20,000 bases of DNA from an uncultured virus (IMG/VR IMGVR_UViG_3300042868_013692) (IMGVR_UViG_3300042868_013692); one strand, 5' to 3'; counted from the stretch's first letter, positions 7,865 to 16,696 are shown. Translations and numbers: made by a program. Notes: generated from the sequence alone by a model not told the origin.

Positions 7865-9434
7865 GAAAACAATAACCCCTAACTTTGACCATTTTACGCA
7901 ACTAAACAAGCTTCAGAAGAATTGTGATGTTTATATTAAAAATAATTATCAAACCGTAAAAGACCCGCAAACAGAAGAGAAAAAGCTTCTTTATGAAAGT
8001 TCATTGTATGAGTTTTTTAAGGCATCTTGGCACGTAATTGAGCCAGGGAAAGACATATATTTAAATTGGCATCAAGAGGCTATATGCGAATACTTAGAGT
8101 ATTTTAACAAAGGGCATATTAATAAATTATTAATAAATATAGCACCAAGACACCTTAAAAGCATTATTGTTACGATTAATTTTCCTGTTTGGGAATGGTT
8201 ATCAGATCCCACGCTTAGATATTTGTGCTTGTCATACTCATCAAGATTGAGCGTGAAGCATAATTTGAAGCGCAGAACGATCATTAGATCAAACTGGTTT
8301 CAGAGTTTGTGGGGACATAAATTCGAGTTAAGTGGCGACAACAACCTTAAAACTGAATTTTCCAACAACTTCCAGGGTCAAATGTTTGCCTCATCGTTTG
8401 GAGGAACTGTTCTTGGGGAAGGGGGCGATCGCATTATTGTTGATGACCCTCATCACCCCGAAGAATTGGAATCTGACAATGTGCGCGAAGGAACTGTCTC
8501 TGAGTTTGATGATGTCGTCGGAACGCGGCTTAATGACCCCAACAAAGGGGGAATTATAACGGTTATGCAAAGATTACACGATAAAGATATTTCGGGGCAT
8601 ACGTTGGCAGAAATTGGGGGATACACCCACTTATGCTTGCCAACTATAGCCGAGGAAGACCAGCGGATTATATTCCCAATGTCTGGCAGGTATGTTGACA
8701 GAAAAAAAGGAACTCTTTTACATGAGGAGCGTTTTGGTTGGTCAAAAGTCAAAGATGCTCAAAAAGTCCTTGGTTCTTACAAGTTCGCAGGTAGACATCA
8801 ACAGCGACCAGTCCCTGCTTCCGGTGGTATTGTTTCGCCAGAATGGATTGTAAGGTACAAAAACTTACCGGCATTAAAAAGAATTATACAAAGTTGGGAC
8901 ACAGCCCAAAAAGACAAAACAGAGAACGACAATTGGGCTTGCACAACCTGGGGTGAAAGCTATGATCGAGACTATTATTTAATTCACAGTTTTATTGGAA
9001 AATTTGATTATGTGAAGGGCAAAAGAGCATTCTGTAGTTTGTACGATTCCTTCTTGCCGGATGTCATTTTGATAGAAGATAAATCTACTGGCTCAAGCCT
9101 TATTCAAGAGGCAAGAAAACCTATAATTTTAGATGGTGGGGAAAAAATAATCAAAATTGATTCCTGGATAGTTGGCATAATTCCGAAACAAAACAAAGAA
9201 GTTAGAATGGAGGTCGAGGCTACAGCTTACGAGAACAAGCGTGTACATCATCCGTATGATTCTCCCTGGTTAGCAGAATACGAGAGGGATTTATTTAATT
9301 TTCCCAAGGGAGTAAAAGACAGTATTGATAGTACAAGTCAGTTTTTGGGCTGGGTTCGCCAAAATATCCGCGATGGTGTTGCCAACGCAAGTTCAGAAAG
9401 CGAAACCGAGAACATTCTGCAAATGTTGAGATAA
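7863..9434 (+). CDS. terL: Phage terminase large subunit
   Basis: 523 aa: NWHQEAICEYL, Walker A-like INIAPRHLKS, Walker B IIVDDP, MQRLH..D, nuclease motifs SWDTA, IEDKSTG, FPKG..DSIDSTSQ. Confidence 0.95.
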   Translation: MKTITPNFDHFTQLNKLQKNCDVYIKNNYQTVKDPQTEEKKLLYESSLYEFFKASWHVIEPGKDIYLNWHQEAICEYLEYFNKGHINKLLINIAPRHLKSIIVTINFPVWEWLSDPTLRYLCLSYSSRLSVKHNLKRRTIIRSNWFQSLWGHKFELSGDNNLKTEFSNNFQGQMFASSFGGTVLGEGGDRIIVDDPHHPEELESDNVREGTVSEFDDVVGTRLNDPNKGGIITVMQRLHDKDISGHTLAEIGGYTHLCLPTIAEEDQRIIFPMSGRYVDRKKGTLLHEERFGWSKVKDAQKVLGSYKFAGRHQQRPVPASGGIVSPEWIVRYKNLPALKRIIQSWDTAQKDKTENDNWACTTWGESYDRDYYLIHSFIGKFDYVKGKRAFCSLYDSFLPDVILIEDKSTGSSLIQEARKPIILDGGEKIIKIDSWIVGIIPKQNKEVRMEVEATAYENKRVHHPYDSPWLAEYERDLFNFPKGVKDSIDSTSQFLGWVRQNIRDGVANASSESETENILQMLR

Positions 9435-9436
9435 AA

Positions 9437-9470
9437 AATAATCGTGAATTAAATTTAATTCACGATTATT
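9437..9470. terminator. 34-bp perfect palindrome between convergent genes
   Basis: aataatcgtgaattaaatttaattcacgattatt equals its own reverse complement and starts 2 nt after the terL stop. Confidence 0.7.
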
Positions 9471-9498
9471 GTATAATCAGCTATTTTATTGTAGATAA

Positions 9499-9936
9499 TT
9501 AATACAGAAAATGTATAGAGCATTGGATAACCTCAATGCCTAAAACACTTTTAACTTTCAAAATCTTGGTGAAACTAGAATTAGCATATCCATTAGCCTC
9601 ATCACGCTGCACCTGTTGTTCCTTCACATTTAAAAGTTCTGCTAATTGTCCCTGAGTTAAACCACGAAAAATCCGGGCTTTAATAAGTGCTTCTGGTAAT
9701 TCTTCTAAAGACTTACATTCCAACCTATCTATTTTCCTTGATTTGAGGTTTTCATATTCCTCCACTTGTTCTAATAGTTCTTCTATTTCACCATTGAGTG
9801 AAGCTAAATATGATTGATGTCGTAACTTTTCATTTTCATTATCTTGTGGGGGATCTTTTTCCAAATTTTCTGTTGCTGATTGAAATTTTTTAATCTGAGA
9901 TTTAGTAATCATGTATTGGCGTTCATTTAAGATCAT
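9499..9936 (-). CDS. XRE-family HTH protein (HigA-like antitoxin/regulator)
   Basis: MILNERQY.ITK N-terminus; C-terminal HTH LIKARIFRGLTQGQLAELLNVKEQQVQRDEAN.Y. Confidence 0.85.
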   Translation of the reverse strand: MILNERQYMITKSQIKKFQSATENLEKDPPQDNENEKLRHQSYLASLNGEIEELLEQVEEYENLKSRKIDRLECKSLEELPEALIKARIFRGLTQGQLAELLNVKEQQVQRDEANGYANSSFTKILKVKSVLGIEVIQCSIHFLY

Positions 9937-9990
9937 GGTTAGCGTCCTTAGTTAGTATTTGTTCTGTATAGAGATATCATGCTTTAACAA

Positions 9991-10122
9991 TTACCATTGT
10001 TCAAGCGGAAGACTGTAATCTAGAGTTTCAAGCCCGTTATGCCAAGGAACTGTTTTAAAGTTTTGCAGAATAGCACTGATCTTTTCATTTCTTGTGAGTT
10101 CTTTGCTTTTTGGTGCTGACAT
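9991..10122 (-). CDS. Small hypothetical ORF (43 aa, MSAPKSKELTRNEK...), not in the ORF track
   Basis: Manually translated; preceded by an A-rich leader and a consensus promoter. Confidence 0.5.
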   Translation of the reverse strand: MSAPKSKELTRNEKISAILQNFKTVPWHNGLETLDYSLPLEQW

Positions 10123-10161
10123 ATATTTTTGTTTTTGCTTGTGTTTTTTGCTTCTTTATAT

Positions 10162-10190
10162 AGCATATACCACTGGATAACAAAAGTCAA
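10162..10190 (-). promoter_or_regulatory. Sigma70-type promoter
   Basis: TTGACT-N17-TATGCT on the minus strand. Confidence 0.65.
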
Positions 10191-10199
10191 CAAAATACT

Positions 10200-10640
10200 T
10201 TATGCACTGTTCTCGTTCATTGACAAATTTTTGATTGATTTTATGCAATTTTCAGCATAAGAAGAATCATAAAGTTTTCCTGCTGGTATTCTTACGACAA
10301 CAAAGCCATTACGAGCAAACAAAGAGTTGCGTATAGCATCCTTAACTTTGTCTTGATGGTATGCAGCACCATCAATTTCAACGACTATTTTTTTAGCACC
10401 AAAGATTAAAAAATCTGCCTCTCTGAACGCAAAAGATCCGTCACGTTGTTGAAGCTGCATTCTTACGTTTACGCCAAATACAAAACCAGCGTCTCGCAGC
10501 ATTTCGGCAAACTTTACCTCTGCGGGTGAACGGAATATAAAAAAGGAGGTTAGGTCATTCTTATCAAAGCCTCCTTGTTCTACAATTTGTTGTGATTTTA
10601 ATTCGAGTGTTTCTCTGGTTTCGTGTATTGTGTTGTTCAT
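10200..10640 (-). CDS. DUF559 / Vsr-like PD-(D/E)xK endonuclease-domain protein
   Basis: RSPAEVKF, READFLI, IVVEIDG.AYH, D..RN..F...GFVVVRI. Confidence 0.85.
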   Translation of the reverse strand: MNNTIHETRETLELKSQQIVEQGGFDKNDLTSFFIFRSPAEVKFAEMLRDAGFVFGVNVRMQLQQRDGSFAFREADFLIFGAKKIVVEIDGAAYHQDKVKDAIRNSLFARNGFVVVRIPAGKLYDSSYAENCIKSIKNLSMNENSA

Positions 10641-10696
10641 TTTGTTATTTGTTAAGATAACAATATCTTAACATAATTATTTAAAACTCATTACAC

Positions 10697-10825
10697 TCAA
10701 AAACAGAATATTTTCTTTTGGTAGCTGAACTTTTCCCAATTATACCCAAGGGGTCGCAAATTTTCTTGAACATAGAAATTTCTACCCCTATAAACAACAC
10801 TGCAATCAAATTCTTGTATTGGCAT
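10697..10825 (-). CDS. Small hypothetical ORF (42 aa, MPIQEFDCSVVYRG...)
   Basis: Manually translated; lies downstream of the promoter at 10853-10881. Confidence 0.35.
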   Translation of the reverse strand: MPIQEFDCSVVYRGRNFYVQENLRPLGYNWEKFSYQKKIFCF

Positions 10826-10852
10826 TTTTGCTCACCCGCTTTTCATGTCTTT

Positions 10853-10881
10853 ATTTTACCACAAGCAAAATATTAAGTCAA
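10853..10881 (-). promoter_or_regulatory. Sigma70-type promoter
   Basis: TTGACT-N17-TAAAAT with an extended TG. Confidence 0.65.
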
Positions 10882-11004
10882 TATTGTTGCAATATTAATT
10901 TAGTGTGATATAATATTGATGTAGGGAAAAATTAAATTAGGAGAATTACAGTGCTTTGAATAAACATTCTGCGAAAAGTCTTAAACAAACCAAAAAATGT
11001 TGCT

Positions 11005-11196
11005 GTGGCGACAAATAAAGTTAGTTCTGGTAAACATTTAAAACAATTCAATGACGGCATTGATTTATTTTACCAAAGTGTCAATTGTCCACCAGAAGAC
11101 ACAGCCACGAAAGACGGCTGGCTGTGCGCCGAAAGAATATGGAAAATAAAAAACGACTTACTTCTGGATAGTCGTAAAAAATTTAATTTGGTTTAG
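11005..11196 (+). CDS. Small hypothetical protein, possibly 5'-damaged
   Basis: 63-aa ORF. An in-frame GTG at 10951 with a GGAG upstream is followed by TGA at codon 3. Confidence 0.45.
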   Translation: MATNKVSSGKHLKQFNDGIDLFYQSVNCPPEDTATKDGWLCAERIWKIKNDLLLDSRKKFNLV

Positions 11197-11457
11197 TGGT
11201 AATTGGACATTACTCAAATGCCCTAATTAATTTTATAAAACTATGGAAACGGAAACTTTCATTTACCAAGATTATCTAATCGAGTTGTCATATTGCAATA
11301 TGGCAATTTTTACCATTCTAAAGTTTTCAAAGGTGGTAAAAAATATGATTCCTGTCAGTCAGAAGACAAAGAAGATTGTTTGAGACAAGCAAAGAGTATT
11401 GTCGAGTTTTCAATTGAGTGCGATGCAATTAATTGTCAGGAATATTGCCTAAAAAAT

Positions 11458-12066
11458 ATGTCACTACAACTTTCTTTATTTAGTTTAAGCAACGTGGTCG
11501 AACACCCGCATTACATCTACTATCCAGATTTTTTAGATACTAATACGGCAACCAATTTTTTCATGGAGTTTGTTGATTTAGATTGGCGACAAAATCAAAT
11601 GTACATTAATCAAAAAATGATTGATGTACCAAGAAAAGAGTGTCTTTATGGTGATACAGATACATCATACAAATACGCAAACATTGAGATGAGAGCAAAG
11701 ACATGGAATCCACCACTTTTATCTTTGCGAAGCAAAATAATGGAGGTATTTGACTACAAATTTAACATCGTGTTTGGCAACCTTTACAACGACGGGAACA
11801 GTAGTATTGGTTGGCACAGCGATGATGACAGCCGGATGGGTGTAGATCCGGCGATCGCATCAGTTTCTTTTGGTGCTATTCGCAAATTTAGTTTTATGGA
11901 AAAAGAGAGTAGGCAGACTGAAAGTTTGTGGTTAGAACATGGGTCTTTGTTGATTATGAAAGAAGGTTGCCAACGGACACATTTACACTCACTACCGAAA
12001 ACAAAAAAGATTATTGGGCAGCGAGTGAATCTGACCTTTAGATCCTTTTGGTGGATTCAGCCATGA
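11458..12066 (+). CDS. alkB: AlkB-like 2OG-Fe(II) dioxygenase (ALKBH2/3-type)
   Basis: NLYNDG.SSIGWHSDD (HxD), IASVSFGAIRKF, LEHGSLLIM, HSLPK, RVNLTFR. Likely start at MSLQLSLF (11458) rather than 11293. Confidence 0.92.
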   Translation: MSLQLSLFSLSNVVEHPHYIYYPDFLDTNTATNFFMEFVDLDWRQNQMYINQKMIDVPRKECLYGDTDTSYKYANIEMRAKTWNPPLLSLRSKIMEVFDYKFNIVFGNLYNDGNSSIGWHSDDDSRMGVDPAIASVSFGAIRKFSFMEKESRQTESLWLEHGSLLIMKEGCQRTHLHSLPKTKKIIGQRVNLTFRSFWWIQP

Positions 12067-12086
12067 GAGTGTCAATTTGTAAAGTC

Positions 12087-12137
12087 AGATATTAATGCAA
12101 TATTGGTTGACATTAAATTAATATTGCATTAATATCT
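12087..12137 (+). promoter_or_regulatory. Promoter embedded in an 18-bp perfect inverted repeat
   Basis: Arms 12087-12104/12120-12137. TTGACA (12107-12112) sits in the loop, with N17 then TAATAT (12130-12135) in the right arm. Confidence 0.75.
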
Positions 12138-12168
12138 TGAAAGAAGATAACAAAACAAAAACAACAAA

Positions 12169-12636
12169 ATGCGAACAACAATCATCAAGATGTACAACGA
12201 ACTCACACCCTCCTTACAAGGTGTTGTAAGTAAGATTTTAGAGGAAGCCGAGTCTTCATTTGGATCTTCAAACTATTTAACACTTGTAGCCAAAACTTTG
12301 ATTAAAAACTTAGTTGAAACAAACCCAGAAAATACCCTCGTCCAAGGAATATTTGTTTCTTCAATTCCTGACGACATTACAAATGAGGAGCTAGATTGGG
12401 AGACAACATTTGCTTATATGAAAAAAAGAAAAAACATTTTTGACGATTTTTGTTTTTTTGTTTTTAAGCCAATTATTGAATATCTCCTTGGTATTAAAAT
12501 AGAAAAAAGTTTAAATGAAGACCAGAAAAAAGCTCTTGGCACTGCGATCGCTGTTGCTGCCATTATTCATTTTTCAAATTTAAGAGTTGAAATAAAAGAT
12601 AAATGGCATCTTTTCCCACACTTAGAAGAAAAATAA
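12169..12636 (+). CDS. Hypothetical protein (155 aa)
   Basis: ORF with its own promoter, A-rich leader and downstream terminator. Confidence 0.7.
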   Translation: MRTTIIKMYNELTPSLQGVVSKILEEAESSFGSSNYLTLVAKTLIKNLVETNPENTLVQGIFVSSIPDDITNEELDWETTFAYMKKRKNIFDDFCFFVFKPIIEYLLGIKIEKSLNEDQKKALGTAIAVAAIIHFSNLRVEIKDKWHLFPHLEEK

Positions 12637-12665
12637 GTACATTATTTTGCCAATAAAGCACTGAC

Positions 12666-12714
12666 AAAAAGTAATATCCTCAAAAAACAGAATTTTTTGA
12701 GGATATTACTTTTT
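12666..12714. terminator. Bidirectional terminator-like hairpin
   Basis: 22-bp perfect arms (12666-12687/12693-12714), 5-nt loop, A/T tails, between convergent genes. Confidence 0.85.
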
Positions 12715-12724
12715 TATAAAAAAA

Positions 12725-13204
12725 TTATTGCTTGCCAGAAAGCAGCCAAGGGATTAATCTTGGTAATTCTTGGTCTTCGTATATACCTGCTGTATCACTC
12801 AGAAGAGATGGGCTATAAAGATCAGAAGTAGCAGTAGTAAGACTTTCTATTGCTTCTCTTGAAAAACCTCTTAATGCTGGGATACTGTCAAGCTTTACCA
12901 GCAAATCTTTTGCTCCTGATATTTTTGTACTTGTTTTGTCAAACAGTGGTCGTGCAAATTTTAGTATTTCTCTTTCAAATGGGATTTTTATCCGCTTTGG
13001 TTTTTGGTCTAATTTTAGCTCTGCTTTACCAAAATAATCTTCTCCATATTCATCTGGGTTTAAGTCAACAATCTCTTTAAACCTTGTTACATTTTCGCCA
13101 GGGAAAACTTTTGCAGCTATGTCGTTAACTCCTTTTTCTGTGGTTACAGTAATATACCCATCCTCGTCTGGGTTGTAGTCTTGACTAAAAACATTAGCAT
13201 TCAT
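12725..13204 (-). CDS. LysM/tail-protein-X-like baseplate protein
   Basis: VNDIAAKVFPG...FKEIVDLNPD...LK....KRIKIP follows the LysM/P2 gpX pattern (IA...IxxxNP...IxIP). Start placed at MNANVF. Confidence 0.55.
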   Translation of the reverse strand: MNANVFSQDYNPDEDGYITVTTEKGVNDIAAKVFPGENVTRFKEIVDLNPDEYGEDYFGKAELKLDQKPKRIKIPFEREILKFARPLFDKTSTKISGAKDLLVKLDSIPALRGFSREAIESLTTATSDLYSPSLLSDTAGIYEDQELPRLIPWLLSGKQ

Positions 13205-13275
13205 AATTAATCTCGTGATAAATCTTACTAATATCAATTATAATTTTGTTTTAGTCCTTGTATTAGAAAAATAAG

Positions 13276-14694
13276 ATGCAAAAAATTACAAACATTGAGT
13301 ATGGCGTAAAAATACCAGTCAATAAAGTTCACCCAAATCCTTGGAATCCAAACGAAACGACCGACAGGCAACAAGAGGCAATTCAAGAATCGCTTGATGA
13401 CTTTGGGCAGGTTCTTGAAGTCTTGGTCCGTCCACACCCCACTATTAATGATGCTTATCAAATAATTGATGGGGAGCATCGTTATATGGAAATGTCTCAA
13501 GATGGCGTTATTGTCGCCAATATTTTATACGGCATAAGCGACATAGATGCCAAAAGGCTGACAATTGTGATGAACCAAACGAGGGGTAAACCAGACAAAG
13601 AAAAGGAGGCTGTGCTTTTAGCTGAAATTAAAAACATCCAGCCAGAAACCTTTGGTAACGCGCTACCTTACACGCCAGACGAACTTGATGAACTAATAGC
13701 GATCGCGTCCAAAAACCCAGATAGTGTCAACTATAAAAATGATGACGACAATAGCGAAGGAGATGGAGATGGCGACGGGAATGGCGAAGGAGATGGAGAT
13801 GGCGATGAAGATGAAGCACCTGCGGCAGATGCTGTTCAAATTAGGGTCAAGCTTGGCGATTTGGTTCTTATGGGTGAACACAGATTAGTCTGCGGTGACT
13901 GTACAAACAGAAAAAATATCGCTCTTTTGATGAATGGGAATAAGGCCGCAATGTGTTTTACAGATCCACCATACAACGTTGATTATGACCCAGAATCTCG
14001 TGGTGGAGAATTAACAGAAAGACAAATAAATGCTCCGCTTGGGAAAATCAAAAACGACAGTATGTCGGATGTAGAATTTCGCAAATTCTTAGATAAAGTC
14101 TACGCATCTATAGACAGATGTATGATTGAAGGAGGACCAATATATATATGTCATGCAGACACTATGGGTCATCATTTTAGGAATGCTTTTGTTGCCCAAC
14201 CCTGGAAATTGCAATCATGCTTAATTTGGATGAAAACATCTATGATTATGGGACGCGCTGACTATCAGTGGAAACACGAGCCGATACTTTATGGATGGAA
14301 AGAAGGTGCAGCGCATATATGGCACGGAGACAGAAAACAGACAACTATTGTTGAATGTGCAACAACTCATTTAGATAAGAAAAATTGTGACACCGATGGA
14401 TATGTGCATCCAACACAAAAGCCAACACCACTGGTTAAATATTTCCTAGAAAATTCTAGTCAGATAGGCGATTTAGTTCTTGATTTGTTTGGCGGAAGCG
14501 GTACAACACTAATTGCTTGCGATGAGCTTAATAGAGTTTGCTACACGACAGAATTGGACGAGCGTTTCGCCAATGTTATCGCCACCAGATGGGAAAATTT
14601 CAACGGAGGAAAAATCAAAATTATTAGAGATGGTGTTGATATTGGTGACGGTTCTGCATCAGAAGAAATATCTGAGGATCAATTGGGATTTTAG
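13276..14694 (+). CDS. ParB-N domain fused to a beta-class N6-adenine/N4-cytosine DNA methyltransferase
   Basis: PNPWNPN and IIDGEHR (ParB); HRLVCGD, TDPPYNV, HPTQKP, VLDLFGGSGTTLIA (methylase); acidic linker. Confidence 0.93.
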   Translation: MQKITNIEYGVKIPVNKVHPNPWNPNETTDRQQEAIQESLDDFGQVLEVLVRPHPTINDAYQIIDGEHRYMEMSQDGVIVANILYGISDIDAKRLTIVMNQTRGKPDKEKEAVLLAEIKNIQPETFGNALPYTPDELDELIAIASKNPDSVNYKNDDDNSEGDGDGDGNGEGDGDGDEDEAPAADAVQIRVKLGDLVLMGEHRLVCGDCTNRKNIALLMNGNKAAMCFTDPPYNVDYDPESRGGELTERQINAPLGKIKNDSMSDVEFRKFLDKVYASIDRCMIEGGPIYICHADTMGHHFRNAFVAQPWKLQSCLIWMKTSMIMGRADYQWKHEPILYGWKEGAAHIWHGDRKQTTIVECATTHLDKKNCDTDGYVHPTQKPTPLVKYFLENSSQIGDLVLDLFGGSGTTLIACDELNRVCYTTELDERFANVIATRWENFNGGKIKIIRDGVDIGDGSASEEISEDQLGF

Positions 14695-14778
14695 AGTTTT
14701 GTTGTCTAAAATTAAATATTTGACAAAAAATATATTATACTTTTAACTTGGATGTATAGTATATTTTTTCTTTTTAAA

Positions 14779-15615
14779 ATGTCCACAAAACCAAATAAAG
14801 AAGTATCATTTGCTGCTATTGAGTCTGTATGCCCAAGGATGAAAGAGGAAAGCTTGAGGGCATACATAGCTTTTACGGATTACATTTATTACAATTGCAA
14901 CAACTCTGAGTTGCAAAGAATTTATGCCAACACAAAACCTGGCGAATCTTTGCCACCAACAAGAGCTATGTCAACAATTCAGACATGGAGTTTAAAATTT
15001 AATTGGCAAAAAAGAAAAGAAGAATGGCTAAGGCATAAGCTCAATCAACGCGAAGAAGCGATGTTGCTACATTGGGAAGAACACAGGGACAGGATTTTAA
15101 GCAGTAGCAGAACTTTACTTGATAAAGCCGAGCAAATGCTAAAACAGCCAATTGTTCGGTCCACGGCCGAACAAGACGGCAAAACAATAATTATAGAACC
15201 TTCTAGATGGGGGTTTAGAGATGCAGCAACTTTTATGGAAGTTTCTACAAAGTTAACTAGGGAGGCTGTCGGTGACGACATTTGGGCTAAAGACTTGTTG
15301 CGACGTAAAGGGTATCATGTGTTTGAGCCTGGAATGGGCGACATTGCTATCGCTCTCAATTCTTTAGTCGCTGCAAAGATAATTCCATACGAAATAGTGC
15401 CAAGAATTATAAATGCCATCAAAGAATCGGAGATGGCGATGTCAGAAAAAATACAAAATGCTTTTAATATGGTTATAGAAGACGAGTATTACAAAGAGGT
15501 GGGTGTAGCTCCTGATGTTGATAACGATGAAGAATCTGACAGCACAGTAGATGTTGATAATATTGCTGCACAGGCTCTAGAAATGCGAAATAGATCAACA
15601 GAAGACAGTGAATAG
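14779..15615 (+). CDS. Probable terminase small subunit
   Basis: ESLRAYIAF.DY...TIQTWS.KFNW..R HTH-like N-terminus, helical middle and acidic tail; directly after the ParB-methylase, a common TerS neighbour. Confidence 0.55.
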   Translation: MSTKPNKEVSFAAIESVCPRMKEESLRAYIAFTDYIYYNCNNSELQRIYANTKPGESLPPTRAMSTIQTWSLKFNWQKRKEEWLRHKLNQREEAMLLHWEEHRDRILSSSRTLLDKAEQMLKQPIVRSTAEQDGKTIIIEPSRWGFRDAATFMEVSTKLTREAVGDDIWAKDLLRRKGYHVFEPGMGDIAIALNSLVAAKIIPYEIVPRIINAIKESEMAMSEKIQNAFNMVIEDEYYKEVGVAPDVDNDEESDSTVDVDNIAAQALEMRNRSTEDSE

Positions 15616-15617
15616 TG

Positions 15618-15646
15618 TTGACATTTTTTTAATTTGGGATTAAGAT
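15618..15646 (+). promoter_or_regulatory. Sigma70-type promoter of the endolysin remnant
   Basis: TTGACA-N17-TAAGAT. Confidence 0.65.
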
Positions 15647-15728
15647 AAATTCAAATTGTTTTATATGAATATTACGGCTGTTTCCCCCATCCAGCCGTTT
15701 TTTGATTTTTATTTTACCAAAAAATATT

Positions 15729-16385
15729 ATGACAAAAGTTAAGGATTTGCTAACTGGCAACACAATGCAAGCGCGTGGGCTTGATTTACAGCTATTTCAG
15801 CAATTAAATGAGTTAGCACCAAATTCTTTGGTTAATTTTGAGGATTTAAAAATTAACTCTGGTGATGGGCTTTTTCCGTATTGTCAGCCATCAACCAAAA
15901 AAAGCTTTGTCTGCTGCTATATCTGCCTACGGTAAGCCGATTACTATAAATAGTGCCTACAGGTCTGTAATTGCTCAAGCGATGCTGTATTCGCAAAAAT
16001 AAAGGGGATTAATAAAGAATCTTGTTGCCTATCCTGGCAAGTCTGACCATCAAAGGGGCGCGTCCTTGGATATTGAAGAATGGAAAGACGCTAAAGATAT
16101 AATGCAAAAAAAACGGGTTTGCTTGGACTTATGAGAATGCAGATGCAATGCACTTTGATTGTAAAAGCAGCACAGCAGACATTCGTGTAGACTCAATTAA
16201 GGCATTCCAGATTTTGTGGAATAAAGCCACCCCAAGAACCAAATTTCTGTTGATGGTGATTTAGGGGAAAAACATTAGACTGCATCTACGAATCCCCCGC
16301 AGAGGGATTCGTAAACGTTGGCTACCCTCGGATTTTAAGGCTAACTACACCAATTCAAAGCGGTGTTGATGGTGGACAAATTTAA
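15729..16385 (+). pseudogene. Disrupted M15-family peptidase endolysin with peptidoglycan-binding segment
   Basis: Joined frames give ...INSAYRS.IAQAMLY..*..VAYPGKSDHQRGASLDI...DAMHFD...KAFQILWN...VDGDLG.KT. One in-frame TAA (16000-16002) and about four frameshifts. Confidence 0.88.
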
Positions 16386-16687
16386 GCAAATCCGTCGCCA
16401 GATTTTATACAAATCCATTCACCATCACCATCTCTTTCCCATGTCGCGCTCCACAGCGGTGCTGAAACCTCTAAAAAATATTTTGTATTAGGCTCAAAAT
16501 GGATTTGATTTTCAGCATCTTTCAAAGTTATTAAATCTATTTCAAAATCAAAAACAGACTCCCTATCTTCTTTGCAAATGTACGCACTCCCAAAACCAAC
16601 TGTGTATATTTGGTCTTTGTTGGCTTTGCTGCCAATTTTGTTTCTAGATTCCCCTTTTTGGGTTATATGTAAATCAATTTGTGTCAT
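16382..16687 (-). CDS. Hypothetical protein (101 aa)
   Basis: ATG-started ORF 9 nt downstream of the preceding minus-strand gene. Confidence 0.65.
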   Translation of the reverse strand: MTQIDLHITQKGESRNKIGSKANKDQIYTVGFGSAYICKEDRESVFDFEIDLITLKDAENQIHFEPNTKYFLEVSAPLWSATWERDGDGEWICIKSGDGFA

Positions 16688-16696
16688 TATTTTTGC

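Noticed and set aside
13754..13805. 30-bp-period duplication in the ParB-methylase
   Set aside because: Low-complexity EGDGDGD linker expansion with no sign of separate function.
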